64,000 nucleotides of DNA from Spongiactinospora sp. TRM90649 (GCF_029382225.1 NZ_JARLTC010000013.1:78657-142656), one strand, 5' to 3'; positions 28,345 to 38,499 are shown, numbered from the stretch's first letter. Translations and numbers: made by a program. The notes: generated from the letters alone by a model not told the origin.

Positions 28345-29352
28345 TCAGGGCAGCGGCTGGTTCACGTGCGGCGCCTTCCCCGCCTCGGCGAACGCCTCAA
28401 GAACCCCGGTGCCCTCCAGGCGGAAGTCGCAGCCGCGCTGGTCTTCGAGCACCGCGTTCCACTGCAGCAGGGCCTTGATGTTGGGCATCTTGGCCAGCGC
28501 GGCGGGGATGCCCCGGTACCACTCGGCCTTGGCCTCGGGGCGGTCCGGGTCGGCCTCGGTGCCGTACTCGCCGATGACGATCGGCTTGTCCTCGAACCCG
28601 TTCTCCTGGAACCAGTCGTAGGTGGGCTTCAGGGTCTGCTCGAAGCTCTGCCAGGGGGCGTCGCGGCAGGGGCCGAAGTTGTAGGGGTCGTAGCTGATCC
28701 AGTCGACGTAGTCGTGGCCCGGGTAGTAGGACTTCCAGCGCGGGCGGTACTCGCTGTAGCCGGTGACGGCCCAGACCCAGTCCACGTTGGTCACGCCGAG
28801 TTCCTTGAACCGGTCGTAGATGTGCTGGTAGGCGGCGACGTAGTCGGCGGGCGTGCCGCTGGCGGTCTTGCGCTCCATCTCGCCGTCGAAGCCGAGCATG
28901 ACCTGCTTGCCGTACGCCTTGATCCGTGCGGCCTGCGGGTCGATGACCGTGGCGTCGAGCTTGCCGTCGGCGATGTCGCGCCAGCGGATCTCGCGGTTCT
29001 CGTGCCAGAGCTTGGCCTCCCAGCTCAGCAGGAGGATCCGGTCACGGCCGATCTGCGGCTCGTCGGCCTTTAGCAGCGCGCCGTTGTCGGTGGTCGACAT
29101 GTCGTGGTACGTGAAGACGATGTCGAGCTTGCGGCCGATCGAGCTCTCCATGCCGGTGATGGCCGAGAGCAGGGTGCCCTGCTCGGGCGGCGGGACGTAC
29201 ATGCCCCAGTAGGCCCCGCCGGCAGGCACCAGGCGGGCCTCGGACGGCTGGGAGCACGCGACGGCGGTGCCGAGGACGGCGAGCGCGGCGGTGACCGCGC
29301 CCAGGCGGCGGAGCACGGCCCGACCTCCCGTTGGTTGGAGCTGGGAGGTCAT
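28345..29352 (-). CDS. glycoside hydrolase family 26-like lipoprotein (mannanase/endoglucanase family)
   Basis: Lipoprotein signal with LGTAVAC lipobox. GH26-like regions LLLSWEAKLW and IVIGEYG. ATG at 29352. Confidence 0.65.
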   Translation of the reverse strand: MTSQLQPTGGRAVLRRLGAVTAALAVLGTAVACSQPSEARLVPAGGAYWGMYVPPPEQGTLLSAITGMESSIGRKLDIVFTYHDMSTTDNGALLKADEPQIGRDRILLLSWEAKLWHENREIRWRDIADGKLDATVIDPQAARIKAYGKQVMLGFDGEMERKTASGTPADYVAAYQHIYDRFKELGVTNVDWVWAVTGYSEYRPRWKSYYPGHDYVDWISYDPYNFGPCRDAPWQSFEQTLKPTYDWFQENGFEDKPIVIGEYGTEADPDRPEAKAEWYRGIPAALAKMPNIKALLQWNAVLEDQRGCDFRLEGTGVLEAFAEAGKAPHVNQPLP

Positions 29353-29493
29353 TCTGCACCTTTCGCATGCGTGGCACGGGGCCGCCCCGGTTCCACGGCC
29401 CGCTGCCACGCTATGCGCTCCCCGACGCCCCTGCCACGCGTCGCACCTGGGGATTTGCTGGGTGTTTCGTTCCAGAACGCTGGGTACGGCGGG

Positions 29494-30405
29494 TCAGTGG
29501 CGGCGCCGGAAGGCAGTTCGTGAGGCTCGCCACATGGTGTGCTCACGGCTGATCGCCTCCTCGGCGTCGGCCACCTCGGCGGCCCAGCGGGTCTCGTCCG
29601 CGGCGCTCTCCAGGCGGGAGCGGGCGATGGCCAGTTCGTTGGCGGCGAACGCGTAGGCCCGGCTCAGCGACTCGTGCTGCTTCACCGCGAGCCAGGCCGC
29701 GCCCGCGCCCGCGATCGCGGCGGCGATGCCCGGCAGGTCGATCCCCACCACGCCGAAGGCGCGCAGCAGAGCGGCGATCACCCCGAACAGCTCGACGGCC
29801 AGCAGCAGGACGCGCCACAGGTGGGCGCGGGAGCGGTTGAGCGCGGCCCGCGCGGCGTACCAGCGCTGCTGGTCGCCGATCCGCCCGTCCAGGTAGGCGG
29901 TCCTGCGGTCGGCGAAGTCGCCGGCGCGCAGCCCGCGCAGGCGGTCGCTGATGACCGGCGCGGTGGTGGCCTCGATGCCGGTCTCCGGGGCGTCGAGCAG
30001 CAGGGTCTCGATCTCCCTGTGGAACCGCAGGGCGACCTCGTCCTCGGGCTCGCCGGCGTCCCTAACGTACGGCACGCCGCCCACCGCGAACCGCCAGGCG
30101 AGGGTCTTGGCCGACTCGGCGAGCGCGCGCCCGTCGTACCAGGTGCGCTCGGGCCGCTCGGCCAGCAGGTACAGCTCGACCAGCACGGCCGCGACGAACG
30201 CCACGCCGGTGACCAGCGCCAGCACGTCGACGCCCGAGCCGCCCAGCCGCAGCGAGGCGGCGGCGGTGACGGCGGCCAGGACGATCAGCGCCAGCCGGAG
30301 CGCGGTCGAGGTGAGGTATTTCGACCGGCCGGTCACGGCCGCGTGGTCGGCGGCCTGGAACAGGCCGGGCAGCGCGTCGTCGGGCAGTGGATCGGCGCTG
30401 GCCAT
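29494..30405 (-). CDS. DUF4231 (SLATT-type) 2TM membrane protein
   Basis: Two adjacent TM helices (LALIVLAAVTAAASL / VLALVTGVAFVAAVLVELYLL), an N-terminal helical region and a C-terminal 2TM region, matching DUF4231/SLATT architecture. Confidence 0.65.
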   Translation of the reverse strand: MASADPLPDDALPGLFQAADHAAVTGRSKYLTSTALRLALIVLAAVTAAASLRLGGSGVDVLALVTGVAFVAAVLVELYLLAERPERTWYDGRALAESAKTLAWRFAVGGVPYVRDAGEPEDEVALRFHREIETLLLDAPETGIEATTAPVISDRLRGLRAGDFADRRTAYLDGRIGDQQRWYAARAALNRSRAHLWRVLLLAVELFGVIAALLRAFGVVGIDLPGIAAAIAGAGAAWLAVKQHESLSRAYAFAANELAIARSRLESAADETRWAAEVADAEEAISREHTMWRASRTAFRRRH

Positions 30406-30672
30406 GTTCCGTCCCTCCCACCGAAGCATCACCAAAGGGCAGATTACCGCCAGGAAAGGTTCTTCAGAAGTGCTTCACGAGGGAGATCAGAAGTCCCGTC
30501 GACAAAAGCGTGCCAACTCACACATAAAGGGGTTGATTCCGCAGGCGTCACGTCTCGTCGCCCGAGTTCAAAGAATCATTGGCGGTTCCTTTAGCGCCCG
30601 GCTTCGTGGACATTTATCAGCCATGGCTAAAGTCCAACATAGGGGGCAGATCTCGCGTCGAGGAGACAAGCC

Positions 30673-31092
30673 ATGACTTATCAGGCAGGGCATCCGCAGC
30701 AGACCGTCACCGGCTGGGTGGGCTGGGTATGGTTCGCCGGAATCATCATGCTCATGGTCGGCATATTCAACATCATCACCGGCCTGTACGCCATCGTGAA
30801 CCAGAGCCTCTACGTCCAGACGCCGAACCGGCTGCTGCTCTTCAACCTCGCCGGGTGGGGATGGGTTCACCTGATCTTCGGCGTCCTGCTCTTCGCCACG
30901 GGCCTCGCCCTGTGCGTGGGCCAGACCTGGGCGCGCGCCGTCGCGGTGGTGCTGCTGGTGATCAACGCCATCACCCAGCTCATCTGGATCGCGCTGAACC
31001 CCTGGTGGTCGCTGGTGATCATCGCGATCGACGTGCTGGCGCTCTACGCGATCATCGTGCACGGCCGGGAGGCGAAGACGCTCGCGAGCTGA
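30673..31092 (+). CDS. small 4-TM membrane protein (hypothetical)
   Basis: 139 aa, four hydrophobic helices, opposite strand to its neighbours. Confidence 0.5.
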   Translation: MTYQAGHPQQTVTGWVGWVWFAGIIMLMVGIFNIITGLYAIVNQSLYVQTPNRLLLFNLAGWGWVHLIFGVLLFATGLALCVGQTWARAVAVVLLVINAITQLIWIALNPWWSLVIIAIDVLALYAIIVHGREAKTLAS

Positions 31093-31106
31093 CGAGCCCG
31101 CCAGGG

Positions 31107-32895
31107 TCACTCGGGCAACTCCTGGGTGACCGACTCGACGACCTCGCGGGCCGCCGCTCCGCCCTCGGTGAGGGGGTCGTCGGCCCGCGCACGGCGTACC
31201 CGCAGCAGCAGGTCGCGGACCATCTGCAGGGGCATGGACTGCAGGTACTGCGAGACGTCGCCGCTGATGACCTCCGGCACCGGGAGGTTGGACATCTCCC
31301 GGATCATCCGCATCACCACGGCGTTCTCCTGGCCGAACACGTCGATCTCGGCCTGCAACGCCATGATCAGCCGCAGCCGCTCGCCCTCCATCCGCTTCTT
31401 GTCGATCGCCACCTCCCGATCGACGTTGCGCTCCTCGATGGCCAGCACGTCGCCCCTGGCCTCCATCGCGAACGCCTCCTTGCGATGGGTGTAGAAGTCG
31501 GAGTCCTGTGACTCGAACTCCCCCAGGTTGGTGCGGACCGCCTCCACGCCCCACCCCTTGAGCGCGTTGCGGACCTGGGCGGCCAGGTCGGTCCGGATCT
31601 CCAGGTAGCCCGACAGGAACTCCTTGACCGTGGCCCCGGCGGCGATCTCGCTGAAGTAGGTCGCCACCGTGGCCCCGAGCACCCGGTCCACGAAGCGCTG
31701 CACCGGCAGCGGGTCGTCCACGAGCCCGCCCCCGGCGTCGGCGCTGAGGGTGCTGCCGAACTCGCTGACCAGCGTGGGCGCGACGGCGGGCGGGATGCGC
31801 AGCGTCTGGGAGAGGTCCACCTGGAGCCTGATGCCCTGGATGGTGACGTCGATCTGCTCCAGCTTGGCGTCGTAGTTGCCCTTCATGGCGGAGTCCTTCT
31901 TGCTCCACTCCATGTTGAGCACGTAGGTCGGGACCAGCATCACCCGGACGAACCACGGGTTCAGCGCGTAGACGGTGCCCTCCTTGAGGGTCTCGCCCTG
32001 CACCCCGCGCCGCCCGCCGTGCTCCAGGAAGACCCACGGCAGCCGATAGTTGCGGTGACCCGCGATCCTCGGGCCGACCTTCTCCTCCTCGGCGGGCTCC
32101 TCGCCGTCCAGGGTGATCACGACGCCGGTGTAGCCCACCGGCACGTCGATCTCCCGCAACTGCCTGGCGGTGGCCTCGTCGGCCCGCACGCCGGGGTCGT
32201 CGGTGGTGATCACCTCGAACAGCGACGGGTTGATGTCGTAGTAGGTGCCACCGGCCAGGACGGCGAGCTGCCTGCCCTGCTCACCGCCCGCGCGCAGGAA
32301 CGCCGCGCCGTCCTGGAAGTCGTCGCACTCCACATGCCTGCCGAACGGCCGGCCGGGCGCGCGGACCTTCCCTGCCGCGGCCAGCACCAGGCCGACCGTG
32401 CCGGACGGCACGTAGGTCCTGGGCACCACCTCGACCTCGAACAGCATGGTGTTGATGTAGTAGGAGGCGTCTCCCGGCAGCGTCGCCGCCTGTCTGCCCT
32501 GCTCGCCTCCGTTCAGCAGGAAGGTCCGGCCGTCCTGGAAGTCGTCGCACGGCACCGGCATGCCGAGCCGCTGCCCGGCGGGCCGCCGCTTGCCCTCCAG
32601 GGCGGTGACGAGCCCGAGGCTGCCCTCCGGGATGTCCACCCTGGGCACGTACTCGACCGTGTAGAGGCCGGGGAACAGCCAGCGGGGGCGCTCGGGCGGC
32701 AGCGTGACCGCGTGGATGCCGCGCGAGTTGTACGGCGTGACCCTGCGGAAGCGCGGATCGCCGTAGGCGGGCCCGCGCACCCGGCGGACGACGCCCACAT
32801 GCCCGGCTGGAACGATCCAGCGGCCCGCGCGGTAGACGACCGACGCCCCCGCGCCGAGCATCGCCAGGGCCAGGATCACCAGGAACGGTGTCATC
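31107..32895 (-). CDS. membrane-anchored protein with duplicated beta-rich segments and a tentative SPFH/band-7 (flotillin-like) C-terminal half
   Basis: ATG at 32895 overlaps the upstream TIR gene stop (ATGA). N-terminal TM MTPFLVILALAMLGAGASVVY. The CDDFQDG...GGEQGRQ...YY.N..LFEV segment occurs twice. The C-terminal region (EQIDVTIQGIRLQVD...AMEARGDVLAIEERN...LRLIMALQAEIDVFGQENAVVMRMI) resembles an SPFH core plus helical tail. Family call is tentative. Confidence 0.5.
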
Positions 32896-34306
32896 TCTCC
32901 CCCCACTCCTTCAGGCGTCCGTGCACGGTGAGGACCGTCTGGGTCCACTGGTCGTACCAGTCGAGGTATCGCTCGCTCTGCGGGTTGCGCAGGGTCGGGA
33001 AGAAGCCGGGGCGGGCCTGCCCCTCCCACTGGCCGCGCCCGGCGAACTCCCGGTACACGGGCACCGTCTCGTCGGGCGAGCGCCGCCAGCCCAGGCGCAC
33101 CGAAAGGGACAGGAACTCGGCGTGCCGCGCGGAGCGGATCCCGGCGGCGCCGAGCTGGGCGCGAAAGCCCAGCGCGCCCCCGCTGAACGCGGCCCACAGG
33201 GCGTCGATCCCGGCCAGCAGCGGGTCGGTGAGCCGCTCGCCGTCGGCTCTTCGCAGCCATCCCGCGCCGAGCCGCCCGGCGGCCTCCAGCAGGGCGGAGG
33301 TGGTCAGCAGGTCGGCGTGCTCGACCTCGCCCGCCGCCAGCGAGTCGCGCAGCCTGCCGAGCGAGACGGACGCCGGGACGCGCACGGCCGACCGGACGGC
33401 GGGCTCGCTCAGTGGCGGCGGCAGCACGTCCGCCACCGAGACCGGCCGGTCCTCCAGCGCGGCCTCGTGCAGCCGCCGCAGTGTCGCGACGTCTTCGTCG
33501 CCGGGACGGCCGCCCGCCCGCGCGTCCAGGTAGGACAGGTTGGCGAGCTGGTAGTGGCGCTCGCCGCGAAGCAGGATCGGGAAGAACGGCCGGCCGTGCC
33601 ACTGGCCTTCGAGGATCATGCGGGTGACGTCGTCGGAGTCCTGGGCCTGCGGGGTCATCACCACGACGATCACGGTGGCGTGCCGGAGCCTGGCTCGGAT
33701 GGTCCACACGTGCGGTTCGCCCGGCCGCAGGCTGCGCACGGACCACACCGGCAGTCCCGCCGCGCCGATCCGGCCTGTCAGGGCCCGTCCGTAGGCGGCG
33801 TCGGCGGGGGCGTAGCAGACCACGACGGACCGCTCGGCCGGGGTGAGCGGCCGGGGCGGGGCGGGCATGGCCATCTCCTCGCGAGTGCCGAGGCTCGCGC
33901 CGGTCGCCTCGCCGGTCACCTCGGCCGCCAGCTCGGCGACCAGCGCCGTCAGCGCCGCGTCGCGGGCGTGGCCGAAGTCGCGCCAGATCCAGCCCGCGGC
34001 GAACCGGGGGATGGTGGCGCCGCCGTACAGGACGGGGATGAAACGCAGGCCGTCTTCGGCGGCGGCGCGCATCAGGGCGGCGCATTCGGCGAGCGCCCGG
34101 CCGTCGCGGGCCGAGCCGGGCCCGAAGATCGCGATTCCGTCGGCGGCCTTTCTGATGGCCTCCTCGACCTGATGGACGACCACGTCGCCGGGCAGCAGGC
34201 TCCACTCGTCGAAAAAGATCTCTATTCCGTGATCGGTCAGGCGTTCGGCCAGCTCACGGGCCCAGGAGGCGTCCTGGCGCGCGTAACAAATGAATAATTT
34301 GGACAA
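32891..34306 (-). CDS. tandem-TIR-domain protein with C-terminal GUN4-like domain
   Basis: TIR 1 is KLFICYARQDASWARELAERLTDHGIEIFFDEWSLLPGDVV. TIR 2 is VVVCYAPADAAYGRALTGRIGAAGLPVWSVRSLRPGE. The C-terminal LTDPLLAGIDALWAAFSGGALGFRAQ matches the GUN4 IDxLW...GxFGF core. TTG start at 34306 with a G-rich RBS. The first 8 codons are atypically AT-rich. Confidence 0.7.
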   Translation of the reverse strand: MSKLFICYARQDASWARELAERLTDHGIEIFFDEWSLLPGDVVVHQVEEAIRKAADGIAIFGPGSARDGRALAECAALMRAAAEDGLRFIPVLYGGATIPRFAAGWIWRDFGHARDAALTALVAELAAEVTGEATGASLGTREEMAMPAPPRPLTPAERSVVVCYAPADAAYGRALTGRIGAAGLPVWSVRSLRPGEPHVWTIRARLRHATVIVVVMTPQAQDSDDVTRMILEGQWHGRPFFPILLRGERHYQLANLSYLDARAGGRPGDEDVATLRRLHEAALEDRPVSVADVLPPPLSEPAVRSAVRVPASVSLGRLRDSLAAGEVEHADLLTTSALLEAAGRLGAGWLRRADGERLTDPLLAGIDALWAAFSGGALGFRAQLGAAGIRSARHAEFLSLSVRLGWRRSPDETVPVYREFAGRGQWEGQARPGFFPTLRNPQSERYLDWYDQWTQTVLTVHGRLKEWGER

Positions 34307-34461
34307 ACCGCCGCCCCCCAGTTGAGCCTACGGAATCCCCCTCGTAAGACTAAAGCCGACAAGTCACAGCGTGATTACAGTTCCCGATGGGAAATACGCG
34401 ATACGAGGGCGGGGATTTAATGATATTTACGACATATAACCCTGTCCCCCATGATGGGGGG

Positions 34462-34928
34462 ATGCCATCTCTGCCGGTGATCGACATCGCGCCACTCGTC
34501 AACGGCGGCGACGGCGAGCCCGTCACCCGCGCCTCCGGGCGTCCCGACTTCAAGGAGGGCGTCTACTTCGGCACGGAACCGCCCGCCGACGACCCCCGCG
34601 TGCGCGCGGGCACGCCGCTGCACGGGCCGAACCTGTTCCCGCGCCAGGTGCCGGAGCTGCGCGAGGCCTCCTGACCTATCTGGACACGATGACCGGCGTG
34701 GCCCAGGCGGTGCTGCGCGGCATAGCGCTCAGCCTCGGCCTGCCCGGGGACTACTTCGCCTCCGGTTACACGGCGGACCCCACCGTGCTGTTCCGGATCT
34801 TCCACTACCCGCCCTCGCCCGCGGACGACGACGGGTGGGGAGTGGGTGAGCACACCGACTACGGCCTGCTCACCCTCCTCGGGAAGGTGAGCAAGGTCTT
34901 TCCGGGCCTGCGGTCGGACGTGCTGTGA
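34462..34928 (+). pseudogene. 2OG-Fe(II) oxygenase (IPNS-like) remnant, frameshifted near 34665 and C-terminally truncated
   Basis: The N-terminal [12 protein letters not shown]...[17 protein letters not shown] continues in the +1 frame as [29 protein letters not shown]...[14 protein letters not shown], then terminates before the Fe-binding C-terminal half. Confidence 0.55.
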
Positions 34929-34947
34929 GAGATCTGATCGGACCGGA

Positions 34948-35346
34948 TCAGACCGGATGGAGGTGACGTGGATGAAGGATGACGTTGGGTCTGGGCGGGG
35001 TCGTGGCGGGCGGGGCGGCGTCGTCTTCTAGGACGCCGGTGACGTAGCCGGTCAGCAGGCCCGCCTCGTTCAGCAGGCCGCCGACGTGTGAGTTGGCCGT
35101 GCGGTAGTAGATTCGGGTGCCCTCGCGACGGGAGCTGACCAGGCCCGCCGAACGCAGGCGGGCCAGATGCTGGGAGACGGCGGCGACGTGGGCGCCGAGC
35201 TTCTCAGCGAGTTGTCCGACGTGACACTCCTGCCCGGACACGGCCTTCAGGATCTGGAACCTGATCGGATCGGCGATCGCCTTCAACACCTCGACGATCG
35301 CATCGACGGACACGACCGGCGGGCCGGAAGGAACTTGCGCAACCAT
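34948..35346 (-). CDS. ArsR-family transcriptional regulator
   Basis: VLKAIADPIRFQILKAVSGQECHVGQLAEKLGAHVAAVSQHLARLRSAGLVSSRREGTRIYY. Confidence 0.75.
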   Translation of the reverse strand: MVAQVPSGPPVVSVDAIVEVLKAIADPIRFQILKAVSGQECHVGQLAEKLGAHVAAVSQHLARLRSAGLVSSRREGTRIYYRTANSHVGGLLNEAGLLTGYVTGVLEDDAAPPATTPPRPNVILHPRHLHPV

Positions 35347-35355
35347 GCAATGACT

Positions 35356-35931
35356 CTAACGCCCGGTGGTCCCCGGCTGACCGGCGATGAGCTTGGTGGC
35401 GACCTCCATGGCGACCTCCGCCCGCTCGGCGTCGGGCATATCCGTCTCGAAGGCGAATCGCACGCTCCCCAGGATGAGCGCGAGCACCGCGAGCCTGGCC
35501 TCGAAGCGCCGCACCGGTGTGGCGTCCGGGCGGACCAGCATCGAGACCATGGCGGTCAGCCGTTCCTGCATCCGTGTGCCCGGCTCGATCTCGGCCATCA
35601 CCGCCTGGTTCACCTGGGCGAACCGCAGCAGCGGACGCCACCGGCCCTCCAGCAGCTCCGCCATCCTGACGAGGATCCGCCGCTGCGCCTCCGGCGTGCC
35701 CGGCTGGGCCCGCGCCCAGCCGATCAGGTCGTCCATGGACTCGATCATGTCCTCGATGACACTGGCCAGGATGTCGGACTTGGCCTTGAAGTGGTAGTAG
35801 AGCGCGGGCCTGGTGATGCCGAGCCGCTCCGCGACCTCCTGCAACGTCGTCTTCTCGTAACCCCGCTCGGCGAACATCTCCAGGGCGACCCGCTGGATGC
35901 GCTCACGGGTGTCCGACCGCCGACCGACCAT
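35356..35931 (-). CDS. TetR/AcrR-family transcriptional regulator
   Basis: RERIQRVALEMFAERGYEKTTLQEVAERLGITRPALYYHF HTH. Divergent from the P450 gene. Confidence 0.8.
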   Translation of the reverse strand: MVGRRSDTRERIQRVALEMFAERGYEKTTLQEVAERLGITRPALYYHFKAKSDILASVIEDMIESMDDLIGWARAQPGTPEAQRRILVRMAELLEGRWRPLLRFAQVNQAVMAEIEPGTRMQERLTAMVSMLVRPDATPVRRFEARLAVLALILGSVRFAFETDMPDAERAEVAMEVATKLIAGQPGTTGR

Positions 35932-36017
35932 TCAACTCTCCCACTACCTTGACCCCGGCCCTCATATTGCTTACTTTCATGTAAGTAATCAATCCGGCCG
36001 GCTTAGGGAGCCACCCT

Positions 36018-37217
36018 ATGACCTACGAATTCCCAGTTCCGCGCACCTGTCCGTTCGCACCACCCGAAACGTACGACACGATGCGCGAGGACGCACCCGT
36101 GGTGCGGGCGCAACTGCCCGGCGGTCAGGTCTGGCTGGTCACCAGGCACGCCGAGGCGCGGCAGGTGCTCGCCGACCCCACGATCAGCACCAGCCCGCTC
36201 ACCCCGGGCCACCCGGACGTCAAGCTGTCGGGGCGAGAGTTCACCCCCGAGGAGACGGCCGCCATCGCGGACTTCCTCACCGGCTCCTTCATCAACATGG
36301 ACCCGCCCCAGCACACCGCCTACCGGCGGCTGCTCATCCCGGAGTTCAGCTTCCGTCAGATCAGGGAACTGCGCCCCGGCATCCAGCAGGCCACGGACGG
36401 ACTCATCGACGCCATGCTCGCCGCCCCGGACCGGCGGGCCGACCTAGTCGAGGCATTCGGGCTGGCGCTGCCCTCGCTGGTGATCTGCCAGTTGCTCGGT
36501 GTGCCGTACACCGAGAGGGAGTTCTTCCAGTCCCGCACCCGCATGATGCTGGCCAGCGAGGACCCGACCGGCGGCACGGCCGCGCTGGAACTGCGGGCGT
36601 TCCTCGTCGACCTGATCGCCAAGGCGGAGAAGGCCCCAGGCGACGATCTGCTGGGCAGGCTCGTCACCACCGCGCAACTGCCGCGCGAGGAGATCGCCGG
36701 CATGATGTTCCTGCTGCTGGTCGCCGGGCACGAGACCACCGCCAACATGATCCCGCTCGGCGTGCTCACCCTGCTCCGGCATCCCGGCCAGCTCCGGCGT
36801 GCGGTGGCGGATCCCGCGCTGTGGCCCCCGGCGGTCGAGGAACTGCTGCGCTACCACTCGGTCGTGGACTGGATCGCCTTCGACCGGGTCGCCACGGCCG
36901 ACCTGGAGGTCGGCGGCGTCCAGATCCGCGCGGGCGAGGGCATCTACGTGCTCGGCGCGGCGGCCAACCGCGACGAGCGGGCCTTCGCCGACCCCGGGCG
37001 CTTCGACATCGACCGCGACGCCCGCACGCACGTGGCCTTCGGGTACGGCGTGCACCAGTGCCTCGGCCAGAACCTCGCCCGCGCCGAGCTGGAGATCGCC
37101 TACCGCACCCTGTTCGAGCGCGTCCCCACCCTGCGGGTGGAGCTTCCGGACGAGGAGCTGCGGTTCAAGTACGACGGGCCGATCTTCGGTCTGCACGAAC
37201 TGCCCGTGGCATGGTGA
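36018..37217 (+). CDS. cytochrome P450
   Basis: I-helix AGHETT, EELLRY (ExxR), and heme loop FGYGVHQCLGQNLA. 399 aa. Confidence 0.9.
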   Translation: MTYEFPVPRTCPFAPPETYDTMREDAPVVRAQLPGGQVWLVTRHAEARQVLADPTISTSPLTPGHPDVKLSGREFTPEETAAIADFLTGSFINMDPPQHTAYRRLLIPEFSFRQIRELRPGIQQATDGLIDAMLAAPDRRADLVEAFGLALPSLVICQLLGVPYTEREFFQSRTRMMLASEDPTGGTAALELRAFLVDLIAKAEKAPGDDLLGRLVTTAQLPREEIAGMMFLLLVAGHETTANMIPLGVLTLLRHPGQLRRAVADPALWPPAVEELLRYHSVVDWIAFDRVATADLEVGGVQIRAGEGIYVLGAAANRDERAFADPGRFDIDRDARTHVAFGYGVHQCLGQNLARAELEIAYRTLFERVPTLRVELPDEELRFKYDGPIFGLHELPVAW

Positions 37218-37402
37218 CCATCACGGCGGACCGCGACCGCTGCATCGGCGCGGGCCAGTGCGCCCACCACGCGCCCGACCTGTTCGACTCCGGCGAGGAC
37301 GGCCTGGTGCTGATCCTCGTCCCCGAGCCCGGCCCCGATCAGGAAGGACGCGCCAAGGACGCCGCCCGGTTCTGCCCGGTCCGCGCCATCGCCGTCACCT
37401 GA
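37211..37402 (+). CDS. ferredoxin (3Fe-4S/4Fe-4S type), P450 redox partner
   Basis: MVTITADRDRCIGAGQCAHHAPDLF...FCPVRAIAV. The ATG overlaps the P450 stop (ATGGTGA). Confidence 0.8.
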   Translation: MVTITADRDRCIGAGQCAHHAPDLFDSGEDGLVLILVPEPGPDQEGRAKDAARFCPVRAIAVT

Positions 37403-37455
37403 CATCGCACGGCCCCGGCGCAGCGGGTGTCCAGTCCCCGCCTCGCCAGGTGGTC

Positions 37456-38330
37456 TTATCGAGGGCAGACGTCCTGGTAGGCCGTGCCGCCCAGGTGCTC
37501 GTCCCATTCGGCCGCGCTGAGCGTACGGCCCGCCCTCGCGCACACCGCCTCGGCCACCCTCTCCGGAGTGATCGGGAACGGCACCACCGAGCCGTCCTCG
37601 TACGCGATGCGCAGCACGCCGCCGTGCCGGTCGAACGCGATCGACGTCCCCTGGTTGCCCGGCCACGGGATCTCGGCGACCAGCCGCCGGGCGGGCACGT
37701 CCCAGATCTCGACGGCGCGCATGTCGAGAGCCGCCAGCAGGTCGCCGGACGGCGAGAACGCCAGGTGGCTCGGCGCCCGCAGCGACGTGGACAGCGCGTG
37801 CGACATCAGCGGCAGGCCGCCCGGCTCGCCGTCCACGTCCTGAAGGATCCGCGCGGTCAGCGTGCGCTCCACCACCAGGCCCGCCGCCATGGCGGGCCTG
37901 ACGATCGCCTCGCGCAGCTCCCCGGCGGTCATCGGGCCGGCCGGCTCCCGGTGCTCGGCGCACCGGCCGTAGAAGTCGGCCCGCACCGCGACGACGGCCC
38001 GCGTCCGCTCGCCGGGACGGCGCGCGGCCACCCTCAGACCGACGAACTCCACCCGCTCGGCCGGGTCCTGGTAGAGCGTGAAGATCTCCTCGAACTGGTC
38101 GATCACCACCAGTAGTTCCGAGCCGTCCGTAAGGGCGGCCAGGTGCGCGGCGTGGGTGCGCATCGGCCGAGGTCCCGGGGTGACCGAGTAGGGCACCCGG
38201 CGGGCCATGGCGCGATAGGTGGGCGATCCGGCCTCCGCGCGCAATCTCCTCAGTTCGAAGGCGAATCGCTGTACCGGCCCGGCGGCGGGATCGACCGGGC
38301 CTTCTCAGCGGCCCATTTGTCAGATTTCCC
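37456..38330 (-). pseudogene. remnant of an HTH-NB-ARC/NACHT-WD40 (STAND) protein with the P-loop region deleted and a truncated repeat region
   Basis: The upstream frame carries the XRE-type HTH ...FAFELRRLRAEAGSPTYRAMARRVPYS with no start codon and a stop just before it. It is followed by Walker-B-like LLVVIDQFEEIFT and an arm region. No GxxxxGK[ST] is present. About 260 aa remain where more than 1000 are expected. Confidence 0.5.
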
Positions 38331-38499
38331 TTTCTAACTTGACAAGAACGGGAGTCATTACCGCGAACGACGGTAGCCCACTTCAGTCCGGAAATACCAC
38401 AAGAAACCTAGTCGTGACCAGCAAACCCGGTCTTGATCCCTATACCGTTCCGCCGCCGAAATGCATAATCCAGCCAAGAGCGTCGGAGAGGCGAGGCGA

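Noticed and set aside
31107-34205. 1032-aa ORF suggesting a giant protein
   Set aside because: The N-terminal 436 aa are an R-rich out-of-frame overlap with the TIR gene. The real start is ATG 32895, which overlaps the TIR stop.
35897-37402. 501-aa ORF overlapping the P450 gene
   Set aside because: It is an out-of-frame R-rich artefact. Only its last 63 codons, the ferredoxin from ATG 37211, are real.
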